From Mizuhopecten yessoensis (Eukaryota): DNA of 64,000 bases. This document shows, piece after piece, positions 1 through 14,645 of this stretch. How positions within the stretch are numbered: the stretch's first letter is position 1; each line of letters opens with the position of its first letter. Below the pieces are notes generated by a model that saw only the letters and a program-made list of their open reading frames with translations, did no database searches and was not told where the DNA came from. Location of the stretch: contig NW_018408896.1 in assembly GCF_002113885.1 (NCBI RefSeq), positions 2,237,711 to 2,301,710 of the forward strand, in the 5' to 3' direction. Position numbers and translations under genes: made by a program.

Positions 1-917
1 ATTTTCAAATTGGTGAAAGTAGTGTGTGCTTGTGTTACGTCTGGCGGAGAACAGCGGAACCTTTGTGTAAGAGGTGTACCTGGAGATTCCACAGACAAGA
101 TACCTGGTACCTGAGCAGACAATACCGTATATACCTGGCGTCCTCCCCTTGTTAACAAACCTCGGAATGTACCTGGAGAGACCAACACACCTAATCGCGT
201 AACTTTACCATCCAAATTTTTAACACGGTATTTTTTGCCCAACAGATGTTGGAGAATTGGCAGTATTCTGCTAATTATTTCAACCACAATTTTATTTTGG
301 AATAAGATTCTAGTTTTTTGTACAGTTCTTATCTTTTTGGATATGATTTCTCATTTTCAGAGTAATTCCTAAATCTATAGAAGTATAAGTTGAGAATTGT
401 ATCAGTGTTTTGACGTAACTAACGTGACAAATTGCCAGCAAGAAAACATCTGGTCTCTGAAAATGATTGTGGTCTCCAGCGACAAACGAACACTGCTTTC
501 AAATAAAGATATAATTAGGGAGAATTTGCTGTTTTAAATCCTGAACATTTTTGGAACATGGTTCAATTTAATATAAATTCGCAAATAAGCTGTTTAGTAT
601 CATTATTTCTAACAAAATACATAATATAATGGGGAACATGCTTTAGTTTTTAAATTGATGACGAAAAAAATATCTTCAATTTTTTTGTGTTGATTCAAAC
701 TTTGCACATCTAAGTGTTCAATCATGTACAGTAACCAGCATTAACTGTCAGTGCGGGCCGAGTCACATGCTAGTGTTCAATCTGTCAAAACGCATGTTTT
801 GTGCGAGTTTATCACGGAATAGAAGTAGAAACAAAGCCAATTGGGACCAAAGTGATGGGCTTGCCTAGTAATCAGTGTCAGAACAACATCCTGTGATGTC
901 TACATGGGAGTTTATTA

Positions 918-1566
918 CCCCAACATCCAGACCAGCTGTACAGGACCTGACACCCAGGCCAGCTGTACAGGCCATGACACCCAGCTGTACACAGCCCTGA
1001 CACCCAGGACAGCTGTACAGGCCATTACACCCAGCTGTACACAGCCCTGACACCCAGGCAAGCTGTACAGGCCATGACACCCAGCTGTACACAGCCCGGA
1101 CACCCAGGACAGCTGTACAGGCCATGACACCCAGCTTTACATAGCCCTGACACCTAGGCAAGCTCAGGCCACAATACCCAGGCCAGCTGTACAGACCCTG
1201 ACAACCAGCTGTACACGACCCTGACACCCAGCTTTACACAGTCCAGTCACCTAGCTGTACACGGCCCTGACACCCAGGCCAGCTGTACAGGCCCAAACAC
1301 CCAGGCCAACTGTACTGGCTCAAAAACAAAGGCCACCCTGTATAGGCCAGGCCAGCTGTACACAGCCCTGACGCCAAGCTCTACACAGCCCTGTCTTCCA
1401 GGCTACTTATAGTACATGCCATGACACTCAGGCCAAATGTACATATGCAGTCCACAATATCCAGGCCAGCTGTATAGGCTCAGACACCCAGGCCAACTGT
1501 ACTGACCTCAAAACCAAGGCTGACCTGTATAGGCCTCAAACACACAGGCCAGCTGTACAGAGCCCT
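918..1566. repeat. Minisatellite, ~50-bp period made of 22+28-bp subunits containing CAGCTGTACA
   Basis: GCCAT(G/T)ACAC recurs at 971, 1021, 1071 and 1121; the array degenerates to the right. Confidence 0.92.
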
Positions 1567-3396
1567 AAAACTCTGTTTATAAAATAGTTACTACAAATAT
1601 AAAATTTGTTTATTAATATTTTGTTCTTAATTTAATGTAGATGTTATACCTCCTTGGGAGCTTGCAGAAATTGACCTCGATATGTTCAGAAGGTTAGTGA
1701 AATAATGGAGAAACTCTGTTCCTCATAAAAATATTAACGAATCTAATACAGAAGCCCTCCCCCAACAACCACTAGCTAGCTTCCTCCAAAACCTGCTATA
1801 ATGAGATGTAAGTATCCAGATTACTATGGTAGCTACCCACAAACTTTGATGGTTACAATGATCATACCAATCAGATATTTGTTGCATAAACTTCATTCAC
1901 TTTTATCGTAAGTTTGATAGTATCTACTGGTAACTTCCAGGAGTTGATTCTTCCATGGCACATAAATATATTTTTCTATGGTTCAAGCTATTTTTAAATT
2001 TGAAAATTAATCCATTTTATTTTATTTCATTTTTCTTAAAACTCCAAACTCTACAACTCAACCTCATTCTAAACAGTAATTATATTTTTCAGTGCTAATT
2101 TTTTTAAGAAATAAAAAGGTATTTTGTATGGGGGGGTTTTAAGTTCAAAGTTAGAGCACATTTACAGCTTTACATTTTGGTTTTGACTTCCTGCTTCTGA
2201 CCCACACAATCATTTGATATAATTTTGTGATGTTGTTAGCCCTCAAACCTATCTTGTTTTGTATTAAGTCTTAATCAGCACATTATCAAAATGTGATTTA
2301 CCCAACACATTTTTCTATCCAGCCATTTTAACACTAATCATTACTTATCAGTCAATTTCTTTTCTCACGTATATTTTTTCCTGTTTTTCTAACCTCCTTA
2401 GGCTTAACTTAGACTAAACATAATCTCAGCTTCTGTACCGCTTCCAGAAGCAAGCCACCCCCTCCCCCAATTATTTATTGGGTATTAGATTCCTACGGTA
2501 ATAACGCCAGATCAATTTGCACACAAATGATGTATTATGCATTAGGTACATGTATGCTTAGCAATTGTAATTCTGAAACTGTGACAAAAAAACACAACTA
2601 TTTTGTTTGTCGTTTCTGTCTTGTTTGTCCGTGTGCTGTGAGCATATGTACATGTCCTGACTGAGCATACGATTACCTAAGTTATTGGGAGGCTGGGCCA
2701 ATATTTCAGACTTGTCTGTCCTGGCAGGCTTGGACAATATTAATCAATGTTGACCAATCGGGCAGGTGCTTGCTGGCAGCTGATTTACACCTTCTCATCC
2801 TAATACATTATACCAGTGCCCTTCTGGGCACACACTGGCTCCAATACATTAACAAGGCCCCTTATAGCCCTGCTGAACCGAACCCTTCAGGCCAGGGTGT
2901 CTCATTAACACACGCTGTTTGTCCTTCTTAAAAGACTATATTTTTTCTTGTTTACACTGTGTATATTTGTAGTACTAAACATCTGTTTCTCATTTGTACA
3001 GACTTTTTTAGTTTTTATCTCTCTTCTTTTTTCAGTAAATTTCCTTCCCTTTTCTCTTTAAAGAGGATTGTTTGGAGACTTTCTTTCTGGAGTAATAAAA
3101 CCTGTACATGGTTTTCCTACTGTTACACTGAAAAATTAATTACAAACAATGAAGCTTCTGAATTAACTTAACAAATCCAATACTTTAAATTGAAGGTGAA
3201 CATGACAGCCTTTATACATGTAAAATCTTTAAAAAATCAAAAAAGTTTCAACCTGAATTAGTACGAAACCCTGCTGGCAATAACCAACATTCTAATCTAT
3301 TTATGTGATATGTAAACATTATCTAATCTTGTCACAGGGAACTGGACATATATGCTATCACCAATACTGACCAGTCAAACTGCTAAATAAAGAACC

Positions 3397-3560
3397 AGAA
3401 ATCCCCTAAAGGGTTCTACACAGCACCAGGTTAATTAATTTCCTTGACCCTTGAAGACAGGTTTTATAATGTGGTATGTGGTGGAACAATAAAGAGATCC
3501 ACTCTGATGACAGGCAGATATACACTCAGGTGATTGGTTGGACCCCTTTAGGGGATTTCT
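3397..3560. mobile_element. MITE-like element with perfect 17-bp TIRs
   Basis: AGAAATCCCCTAAAGGG (3397-3413) and its reverse complement (3544-3560). Confidence 0.6.
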
Positions 3561-5864
3561 TTATGGGCCTATTATTGTATTTGTCATTATCAGGTGAAAA
3601 GATCAGATCATCTTTATATCCAAACCCATCATGACCTATCAAAATCTCACATACACAAGAATTTATTTTTCATATATCTTTCCTAATAAGACAAATTGTC
3701 AACAGAAGTGTTACAGGTGACAAGACTTCAAACACATCAAAGGTACACAGCCTTCTGTACTAAAGGCAAAATTACATTACAAACCATCAAAAATCCACAA
3801 ACTTTCTCATTAATCTTCTCTATCTTTTACTAAGCCTACTTTCAATATTATATAACATCATATTATTTTTTACATAGCAAGATAATTCAGTAAAATATCA
3901 TTCCTGCTTCAGGCAAACTCAACAGCCCATGTTCAATAATCAGAAATCTAGATGTCCTTTTTTTCCAGATTTATAAAATTTTCCTTAAACAAGATAAAAG
4001 GTTACTAGCTCGACACACACCCATTTCGTGATAAAAACAGCTACGTTTTGTCGGCGACATAAACTATGTTAATATGATCCAGTTGATGAACACTAATGTT
4101 GCTGAATAATTCATTATCAATCAAAAATTATAATTTACTCACATATCATCTTAAAGAGACAAACTTGTCAGAAAGCAAGTCTGTTGTAAATTACTTCAAA
4201 ATAACATTGTTAATGTTATATTGCAGTTAAACTATTAAATCAAAATTCAGTATTCTCTAATTTCTAGTTCAAAGGAATTCAGCTAATATCCAATTATCTA
4301 ACAGGAAGAACAGTTTTGTCGTTTGAAGTCAAAGGTATTCTACAAAAAAATCTGAAAAAATGCATGAATTACCAAGGTTACTAATTACCTAAATTAGAAA
4401 TATTTTTAATATTAATAAAAAAGGAAAAACATTTAAATAATTGTTTGAAAACATACATTTACTGAGTGTAGAATTCTATTCAAACATATCTCCTATAGTA
4501 ATTAGCGGTAGCGAGTTTGTTAGCTGTTAGTGTGTAGTTCACGAAATCCTCAGTGATAGAGAGTCGTGACGTCTCTCTCCACCGGGAAAAACATTTCTCA
4601 GACTCGGATAACTAGAAGTGAAAGTTACACACGTCTTGCATGGGAAGGCCCTTATGTGTCTCACAACTGCCCAACTCAAAAATCCAACAACAAACCAAAA
4701 ATGTCGGAACACCATGACTAAAAGATTGATAAGGATGACAGAATCGCACACAAAATTATCTTGTTTCTTTAAAATCAACATCAATCTTTATTTGAATTTT
4801 CAATTTTTTGTTTCTTTTCTAAGAATAGAACTAAAATACCTGCTGTTTCAAACACAATTTAAACATTAATTTCTCCATTGTCAAGGTGAAAGGATTGCAG
4901 AGAATCAATTCAAGGTTATACAAAATTTATTTTCTCTTTAATGTCAAGAACAACATTAATTTTCTCATGCAAGCTTGTTTCAATTCAAAGCCAAATAAAA
5001 TATTACGGTACTATAATGAATTTCAACCCTTAAACAAACATCTATGGATTTGTCAAAGTTTATTTCCCATTAACGTCTCGCTTCCAAATCAACTTCTAAA
5101 AAGCAAATAAAATAAATAAAATTCTAAAATTTACTAGAGCTCTCCACAAAACAAGGTTTCTACATGTGTTTTCAATCAAATTACATCACATTCTACATAG
5201 AAATGGAAAAAAACAGTTTTAGGCCAATATTGGTTTTGATCAGCCCTTCACACTTAATATGTACTGAATATCTTGTAAAAGACTCTTCACTGGTTCCAAA
5301 GAAGTCCTTTGTTATTTTTTCAATATTTCATTGTCTAAATTGGTTCAATTGGAAAGCAAAACAAAACGAGGAGACATGCAACCTAACCAGACTCTACATG
5401 AGAGGGTTTCAGCTTTGTCTGGTGAAAACTCTACTTTACAGGATTGAAGTTTGTCATTCCCCTTTCGCGCCCATTTCACATGGTCTAGTGCTTCCAAGTT
5501 ATAGATTTTTTATTGGATATTGACCTAGCCTTTGGTCAATCTCATTCAATTTCCATGCTATTTCTCTTCCATTGTACAGTAGATGTTTACCTCTTTTGAT
5601 ATCCCATTATTTTCATAAACTTTTGAATAATTTCTGATAACAAAACCTTGATCAACTGATAACAAAACTTTACATTAAAGTACTCTGCTGAAGTGCTATA
5701 TAAAAAGAAGAAACTTAATTTTGGATTTTTCAAATTTTGGTAATGTTTGTCAAAGTTGTAGAACATTTACCATGTTGTGGTCACAGTGTTTAAGAGAAAA
5801 TGACAGTCTAGGAAAGGGCAGTGGCCACTAGCCATCACCAGGGTGACAGGCGGCCATAACTCAC

Positions 5865-5918
5865 CCCAACAAAGGCCATCATCATCTACACTCATTCCTT
5901 TTTGACAGTCACAAAAAT
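5865..5918 (-). CDS. Candidate 54-nt phase 1-1 exon, (D)FCDCQKGMSVDDDGLCW(G), resembling half an EGF-like domain
   Basis: Acceptor ttctttgctgtattAG| and donor G|GTGAGT. The phase matches the signal-peptide exon, and the peptide has CxC..G.....DG.C spacing. Confidence 0.3.
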
Positions 5919-8685
5919 CTAATACAGCAAAGAAATTTTCTATGACATTGGATTTTAGTAAGATAGGCCTCTGGTTACCTAATGATAGGAATGCTGTCAG
6001 GAAAGGCATCACATTAATTAAAGGTTTATAAAAATACTGGGGACAACATTCTATTATCACCATAAATAATGGATACTTTATTATAAAAAAGCAACCATTT
6101 TACACATAATCATTCTGTCATCTTTTGTTCTTTTTTTTTTCTTTCTCTTGATTACAAATTTTAATATTGAGCAATGTTTGTGATTGCACATATAAAGCAG
6201 CGTAGCTTAATTGTCACATTAACTGAAACACTTTCTAGTTTTTTATACTTGAGACTTGTGCGTACAGCACCACCAATGTGTCTCCCACAGGAAGTCATCA
6301 ATTTACTGTAGCAAATTTACTGTTGTCCTGTCTAAAACCATCAATGTCCACTCGCTACACTTATCTTGTCCAGACTCGTGTAGGGTGGACACATGCGTTT
6401 ATACTTATTAGGCGTGAAACAGATTCTGACCACAGCGTTGGTTTTATCAGCCAGATATAAAAGGCCACTACAAAACACCACCACCGATATTAATGTCAGC
6501 GGAGCAAACGACCCACGTTCATCCTACATCTAATGAACATGAGTCATGTGATGTAAAAAGCCAAAACAATTTTCCCCCCAGGGTGATTGCTCCGTATTGC
6601 TTCCAAAACATGTTTCATACAAGGAAAAGATCTCTCGTCACTAACACAACTTACTCGTCAAAGAATATATCCTGATGTACCTATCTAGTGTACGGCTCTT
6701 GTCATATTTCTAACCTGTCGACATTAAATACAGTGTCAGAGTTATGAATATCAAAGAAAAGCTGGTCTTTTATGTGAGTTGTTCATGTGATAAAAGCCTT
6801 ACCCTATATTATGACATATGGGCTACAGTTTGGAGTTCAAATTTCACGGATTAATAACCCGAGCTCACGTAAAGATGTTTATGTGGATTGTTTCCGTCTC
6901 GGGGTCAGGATCTGATGGTTTTTTTCCTAAAGTTGTATGGGTCAACATTAAACACCATTTCCTGATGCATTTGGAATGTTTCTGATCTCAAGTTTTACTT
7001 TTCAATTAAAACCATATTAACTTCATTATACAACCATGCATAAACAATACATATATATAAATGTTGAATATTTTAAAATATTTACATTGCTTGTATATAT
7101 GCATAACAATATTTCAATTTTTAATTGAGCCATCGTAAGTAAAGTTATTATGATATGAAATTTATAATTTAACACACAACCTATTACCTTATAAACTATC
7201 TTGTGAATTGCATTGTACCCAATTAGTTTTGTAAAATATGAAAACCCTAAATGAGCAATGAATCATGCATAATTTGAATTTAATATTCAAAATTAATTTG
7301 TTGGAAGTGGTCTGCCGAAGTTGCACATGCCAAATTAAAAAGAAATTTAAAATTTAGATTTTTTTACAGGTCCATGACAAACTCATATTGAATTTACATG
7401 GCAGTAAATCTTGTGCAAATATGGTCTAATCTTGGCCGTTATTCCAATAAAGGGAGTCAGAATAATCAATGTGATTAAGATCTTTCCGCTGCACACTGCT
7501 GAAATGTCCCCCGGTAGCTACATAGAACCCTGCCCAATGTGTTTTTGCGAAGGCGATTTTTGGCGAGTTTGAGTCATGGCAGGTTTAAGTGAAAATAAAT
7601 CTTTAGCCAATATTGCCTAATCTACATGTACAGTTGTTCCCCAATAGCAGAGAAACCAGAATTACCAATCTGATTAAAATCTATGTGGCCCCCTCCTCTC
7701 TGCCTGAAGGGGGATTCTGACCACAGCTGAATCATAAATATTGTCCCTGCTCTGAATCATACTGATTCACCACTTGTCAATGGAGCCCAATCCATTCTCA
7801 CAAAATCGCTCCGCATCCGACCTGCTTTTTTCCGACATTAATTATGCATGGATTTTGAGTATCATCTGCCTTATGTGGCCACTGTTTTATATGTCTTTTC
7901 TTTTGTCGAAAAGCAAATATTAATTTAGAAAATGGATATATATAGAAATAAATATGATCCTAAATAACTACATCCAGAGATTTTTTTTCTTTCTTCAAAA
8001 ATTGGAATTGAGTAGAAATTATGGCAGAAATAACAATTTTATCTAGTTTCTGGGTAATAACTACAAACATTTTTGAGAAGAGGTAAAATTAAAGAAAATA
8101 CTGGTTTACAGTAATTGCTTCCTCAACAGTCCAGTGAATCTGCACTGAGATATGTAATTAGGGTTTTACAAATTCAAGGCCATTTTCTTTGTTGACACAA
8201 CATGTTCATAAGCATAGGGTTCATGTAAACAAACTGCAGTATCTTTCATCGGCTAATGAGAAAGTGAATCCCTCTGCCCCTACTTACCATACCATTCCAG
8301 ATGGTCCCACAGAAATCCAAATTTAAGAAATTTTATATTCCAACTACAAATGGTTTTTCCATAGGAAAAGTTCTATAAATGCAAAAATTTAATTTTAGAA
8401 TTTTCATGGTAAAAGAAATATTTGGTGTAGATATTTTGATTTGACTATAGATGATACATACAATACTATTAATTATGAAATATCAGGAGACAGATTTTGC
8501 GTTGGTCCATAGAGGACTTCTGTTACATTGATTTGTTTCTACGTGTGGCGTGTGGCGGGGAATTGTTTACATAGCCTGGTATGTATACTGTGATCCCAGT
8601 CCTGTGTTTCCCTACCTGACCCACTCAAGTGTGTAAGCTTTCCTCAAGTCTGCTCCCTCCCAAAGGCATGGGAGAAAACCTAGCT

Positions 8686-8803
8686 GGCATCACCGACAAA
8701 CACAGAAAAATCACAACGATATAGAAAACCTGGCATCACCAACAAACACAGAAAACCTCACCAACACAGAAAAAACGGGCATCACCAACAAACACAGAAA
8801 ACC
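8686..8803. repeat. Degenerate ~45-bp tandem repeat x3
   Basis: GGCATCACC(G/A)ACAAACACAGAAAA occurs three times. Confidence 0.7.
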
Positions 8804-11800
8804 AGAATCACCTCAATAAAGAAACATTTGACATAGTCCACATCACAAAAAAACCTGTAATCACCCAGATAAAACTTCAACAATATTTTGTTGAAACCAG
8901 TTAGAAGTTCTGTCCCTTAAGACTATAAGGAAATGAACATTCTGAAAGTGATAATCCTAATATAATAGACAAAGCAAATGGTTTCTGAAGTAAGGACTAG
9001 ATTTTAAGCTAGGCCTATTCTCCTGATGCCGAATGCACTTGCTCTCTCCACTTATGTTTCCGACTGCTTGCTGTGTGTATAAGGAGGAGATTCACCACCA
9101 GCCAGCCTCCGAGCACTACGAGCACTACATAGTGTCGAAACAATTCTCAAGCACAGCTAGGCCACGCTCAAACTCCAATGACAAGTTACACTCCTGTACC
9201 TCAATTAAAAATCACTGAACTTCTATAATAAAAACCCAGTTCTATACATTGTAAATAATGTACACAACACTAATAGGGCAATGTGTTTTTGTTATAGCAT
9301 AAATTCACGAATTCAACATGACTGGACCATTTCTTTTTTTCACAGCTCTACAGCGTATATCGCTCCCCTTCTTTTTTAAGGTTAAATATTTTTCAAGCAT
9401 TTTTCTCAAAACCGTAATTATTCAGAATTTTAACTAATATATCCATCAAAATCTCTATAAATGAACTCTTAAAATATCATGAAAAGTGAATATTTATGAA
9501 ATTCAGAACAAAACTTATCATACACAGATTTATAAATGTAAACAAGGATTTTACCTCGTAAATACAAATTGTATTTATTATATGGGACTGGGAGTTTAAT
9601 TTTGTATCTTATGAAACCAGAATTTAAACAGGTAACTGCATATCAAAGTTTAAATTGATTACTTTTTTCCCAAAATAATTGAAAATTCAGGAACTGAAGA
9701 AAATGAACGACACAATACAACACTTTTTATCATCATAATCAGATCTAAAACCATACCGCCAGCTAATACAGATACCAGTACCTTTGTTATCCCAAAACCC
9801 AAACCCATGCAATTTCCATAATTTCGAAAATTCACAGACTTGTTTTTAGCCAATCAGGTAGTTCTATATCCCTGCAGGTTTTATTGTTTGGTTCCAGCCT
9901 GAGTTTCCAAAAACCCAATAAATTTGTTCTGGTGATAAAGACCTATGCTAACCTGATAGGGCCCAACAGAGCACAGGCAACATTATAATGCTGTGATATA
10001 CTTTGTTTATCAGGCGGATGCAATTTCGTGTTCTGGATAACATCTTGAGTGATAAAATTGGTAAATATTGTACTCTTTCGTAGACAACAGACACATATCG
10101 TTGGTGTAAATAAAGATATCGAAGTAATGAAGAAAAAATATAGGGCCAAAAAATGCACACCTGCAAGGCTTAAAAACATGCCAGGAAATTTGTGGGGTGC
10201 ATGTTTTCACATCTGTAAGGGCAGGAAAAAACCTCTGCTGTCAAAGGACAGGTTATCCTGATTGGCCTTGCCATAAGTTTACCGTGGTAACGAACACTTT
10301 AGAAAGAGATAAACGTTGAGGTGACCTTCGCTGTCATTTACCATGAGAAAGAAAATATCTACTGCCGGATAAAACTCAAAAACTTTCACAACTTCCAGAA
10401 TAGGAACATACCTATGCAGGCTACATAGATTTAAAACTATCATTTAAGTAGCTGATAAACTTTAAAACTTTGACAATTTCCATCATGGAAACGAACTCTT
10501 GAATATCAAGATTAATTTGAAACTTTCTCAAGGATTTTTCGGTGCTATCAGAAACCTGGTAATCATTTGGGTTGATAGAGAGGCTCTGACACTGGCCAGA
10601 CACTGGGAACAGTGATTGTTTGTAACCTTTTGTGGTTCTATGGCAATAAATCATTTACAATTTCCCTGATAAGTGTATAGCGCAAATTTCAAACAAAGGA
10701 GATAAAAAACAGAACTATGCTGGATTAGGGTTTGAACACACTGCGCACATTAACCACAGCGGGTCAGGGAATGATGATTCTCCAGAGCCGAAACCAGGCT
10801 CAGTCATTGGCCAACACTATGCTGCCAGGTTTTGGTTTTATGCTCTTTGCTGCGCCCAATTTGGTGCTGCCTCCCAATCAATGGCCAATACGGCAGATTT
10901 TGCCTCCACAAAGACAAGCACCTGCAGGGTCTCTAAATAAACCGTCTGTGTGTTGTGTTAGTTGATACGGTTCAAGCTTGTTATTCAACACCAAGTAAAT
11001 AGATTTTGCTTCTAAAACCAAACTCTAAAAACTCAAAAATGTAACATTAAATCAAAAGTTCTTCTTTCGGTATCAGGTCTGTCTACCAAATATTATTTTC
11101 ATGCAATGCAACTGAATTAGTTTTTGCCAGATCCCTTTGCGCTATTTGCCAGATCCTTCTATTCCTTAACATGAAATTTGATTGAATACCCTTATAGGAA
11201 GTATTTCAATATAAAAAGACAAAAATAAGGTCCTATAGCAATCAATGTGTAGTTCAGAAAGTGTACGAAATTGGTCAAGATGTATAAGAACATGCTTTTA
11301 AATTGAATTAAGTACATATTGGGATCAACAACACCCAAAGAGCTTCAATCTACACAGCTGTAAATTTCACTAACTCTCTAGACCGTCAAGTTATTAATTT
11401 CCTAAACACCTCCCTATAACGTGAATTACTGATTCAAACTAACACCGCTGTGTATATCAAACTCATGGAAACATCGAAAACAAGCAAAATCAATATACAT
11501 GTTTCCAGTGGGAAAATTATGAAATATACAACATCAGATCCAATTATTTTTACTCCTAAATCAAGATTATGAATTTTGCAGAAATCATTGAGTCTGGGCA
11601 ATATTTAAATCATTCCCTGTGGTGCCATGTTTTTAACAATTTTGATGGTCTGCACCATAGAAAGTGCTAAAATCGTCACCTTTCCAGTCAAGGAGAGTCT
11701 CAGAGTCGCCGGCACAATTTCGACTCCTGGGTTCGAGCCATTACGTTCATGTTTTAAACATCCCCTTATTTTTAACCCAATTTCAACTCCATAAAGCCAA

Positions 11801-13970
11801 TTATCGAGTAATTTTCCGGGGTTTCCCCGGAAAAGACAGAATGACTGAGAACTGTGCATCACTCCCTGTCAACTGTAATTTACTGTCTATGAATTGCTCG
11901 ATGAAAAGGAAATGTGGGAAGGTGTGACCTTCACAGAATGGAAGGTCAGCGCCTTTAAATGTAGGGTTGGGAGGGGAAGCGGGTTCCCGGTTGTCCCTGC
12001 TACCATTATAGAACTAATGGATCCTTGACGTATTGATTTTTTCAGGATAATTCTGTTAACTTGTCCCCCACTGCTTCGCTTCACACTATTTTTTTCACAC
12101 AGATTTATTTCTATTCGAAGTAAACACACAAATCTTGCTCAGGTTTAAAGTAGAATTGGTGTGATATTTCATCGTTTTCTTGCCAGTGATCAAGCATTTA
12201 GGATTTGCTACATTTTTTTTTACAACACCCTGGCTAGATAAAATTGTATGGCAGTTTATAAAATAACAGATAAATTCTTCATCACAATTTTTTACGAAAA
12301 CCTCAGGGCCAGCGGAACATTATAAAACAAAGTCACTCGAAAAAATATTATGGAAATATCGAAAATTAAGTGGATAATGCCCTCTACGTGATTGGGGTTT
12401 TATCCTAAAAACACGATCCCCCGTAGGTACTGGTAGACACATTTATCGACTGGTGATATCGACAGTTAGCCATGTTAACATTAACCATCGCTGCTAACAC
12501 ATTAACTGTATCATAATTTTCCACCATTTTATCTCATCTTTCCCTAAATATCACACATCAAAATGTTTCATTAAACTGTTCACAAGTCATGTATCCTGCC
12601 ATTCTCTATAAAATCCTACCCTTTGTGCCTCCTTACCCCTTGTCTTATCTCAAAAGTTTCTCCCCATGGGGAGGGGGAGGGTCCCAGGGGGACCAGAGAA
12701 TGGGTAACAGGAAGCTTCAACAGAGTCCTGGTTTGCTTAACAGAACAGAAATGTATTCCAAGATCACTCTCTTGTAAAAAATGTAAGTTACACTTAGCAA
12801 ACTGAACTTTTCTCTTTCACAATAGATTTGGCCTGATCGTTTATCTGATTAGACTGGCAGTTTAAAATTCACATGGTGTGACAAGATAAGTGGTCAGCAA
12901 AGACAGTTTATACAGGGTCCTACTAGACATGTGGTCAGAATAGATAGGTGTCTGACTATACATGTAGTTCAGAATACACAATTGTGGTCAGAATAGACAG
13001 TCTTCAAGATAGGTAATTCAGAATATACATGGTCTGACTAGATAAGCAGTTTACATTATTTCTAAAAGCTGCATTAGTGGTTTTAAATATTAAAAAAGAA
13101 AAAAAGAAAATGTTTTCAAAACTATCATTTACCGAAGAATGACACTTATAAATTAAGCAGCTAATCTGCATTCTGGATCATCTGTTCTTATAGATAAATT
13201 TTCCTCATATTAAATATGACATTGAACAGTTTACAGATAATCTGGGTATAATTAATCTGGCTGGTGTTGAGTCCCCTCTCTACAAACATAGGTATAATTT
13301 ACTATTACGTTTACCATTGCCATTTCTCCACACAAGATACTTCATTCATTAAACTCATTACCTGGTGAATATTACACCTAAATTGACTAAAATTAATGAA
13401 ATCTGTTTTAATTTAGGCCATTATATTGGGGCTGCCAAGTGTCATACAGTAATGTAAATAGTTTAAGTAATATATATTAAAGAATATGTACTGTGCATGA
13501 TGACACGATAAGCTCAGATCTGAGGCCCACCAATTAGTCGATCCCTCCCATCCCGGGCCAAACACAGCGCAACCTGCTGCCAACAAATATGAAATTCTCA
13601 CATACCGGTACATTATACACTTTACTCCGCGACTCTATATTTAGATCTTCTGCGGGGAAATCTCTACATTGACTTTCGTTCATTACATCAGGTAATTTCG
13701 GTTTAATGCAATACATGCAAACGAAAAACTGAATGAAAATTTCTAGTGCAATTACTCCACGATCTTGCCTCGTCTTTTATGTTTACAGTACAAATTACAC
13801 ACTTACAATACGTTTCAACGATTTAATCACAGCAATGTCGATCGAGACATTTGAAATATAAAAATCTATTTATGATTTTTTTTTTGTATTCTGTTTCAAA
13901 TTAAGCATACAGTACATGTTTCTGAGTGGTTCTTCGTAGCACGACTCCCCTCTCAAAGTCTGGTAAGTTT

Positions 13971-14056
13971 TTCTCCAGGAGGAGTTATATGAATCATGTA
14001 TTTCTCCAGTAGGAGTTATATGAATCCTGTATTTCTCCAGTAGGAGTTATATGAAC
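13971..14056. repeat. 31-bp tandem repeat x~2.8
   Basis: TTCTCCAG(G/T)AGGAGTTATATGAA at 13971, 14002 and 14033. Confidence 0.85.
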
Positions 14057-14645
14057 AGGACTTTTGTATTACAGTTATTGAATAAAAGGACCCTCTGTTT
14101 CAGCTTATGACAACCTTTATGGAATGTATTTATTTTCATGTAAAACTTATTTATAAAACTGGATAAGAAAACAGTGCGTTTATGTGTTTGGATTCCCACT
14201 GATCACCTACAAACAGAAAAGAACCAAGCACGCAGACATTTTGAGATAACTGGAGAACATTTTAATTTAAAATTTAAAATTAATGATGTTTTAACAAAGG
14301 GGCATGGTTTATTTAGAATATGTATCAGAGGTAATTTTGTTTCAATCACTGGCACTTTTCTTAGTGAAGTAGACATCGTGTCTTATCCCTACCTAGGTTA
14401 ACTCTAGCCAAGTCACGTTTCAAACCCATCCCCAACCTGATTCTGTTGTAAAAGTTTATAATTTACATCCCTAATATCTCTGACAGGCTTCACTACACTC
14501 TATCAATTATTCATGAGTTCCTCCTTTGACTCAGCTGACCTTGTGATGGAGGGACTGACCCAGTCATTACCACCAATCTGGAGGAGACATCATATCAAAC
14601 AGACCAGCTAATGTATGGTACGGATGCTGAAATATCCTCATTACT

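Noticed and set aside
865-1227. Cys/Gly-rich 120-aa ORF
   Set aside because: It is a translation of the 50-bp minisatellite; the period is not a multiple of 3 and there is no ATG or splice context.
2421-2431. TAATCTCAGCT resembling the start of miR-216
   Set aside because: Only 11 nt match, and no precursor hairpin is evident.
8282-8345. Strong minus-strand donor TG|GTAAGT as an additional exon
   Set aside because: The acceptor is poor and the peptide is AT-rich and implausible.
13682-13694. ATTACATCAGGTA resembling part of miR-12
   Set aside because: The seed region does not match and there is no hairpin.
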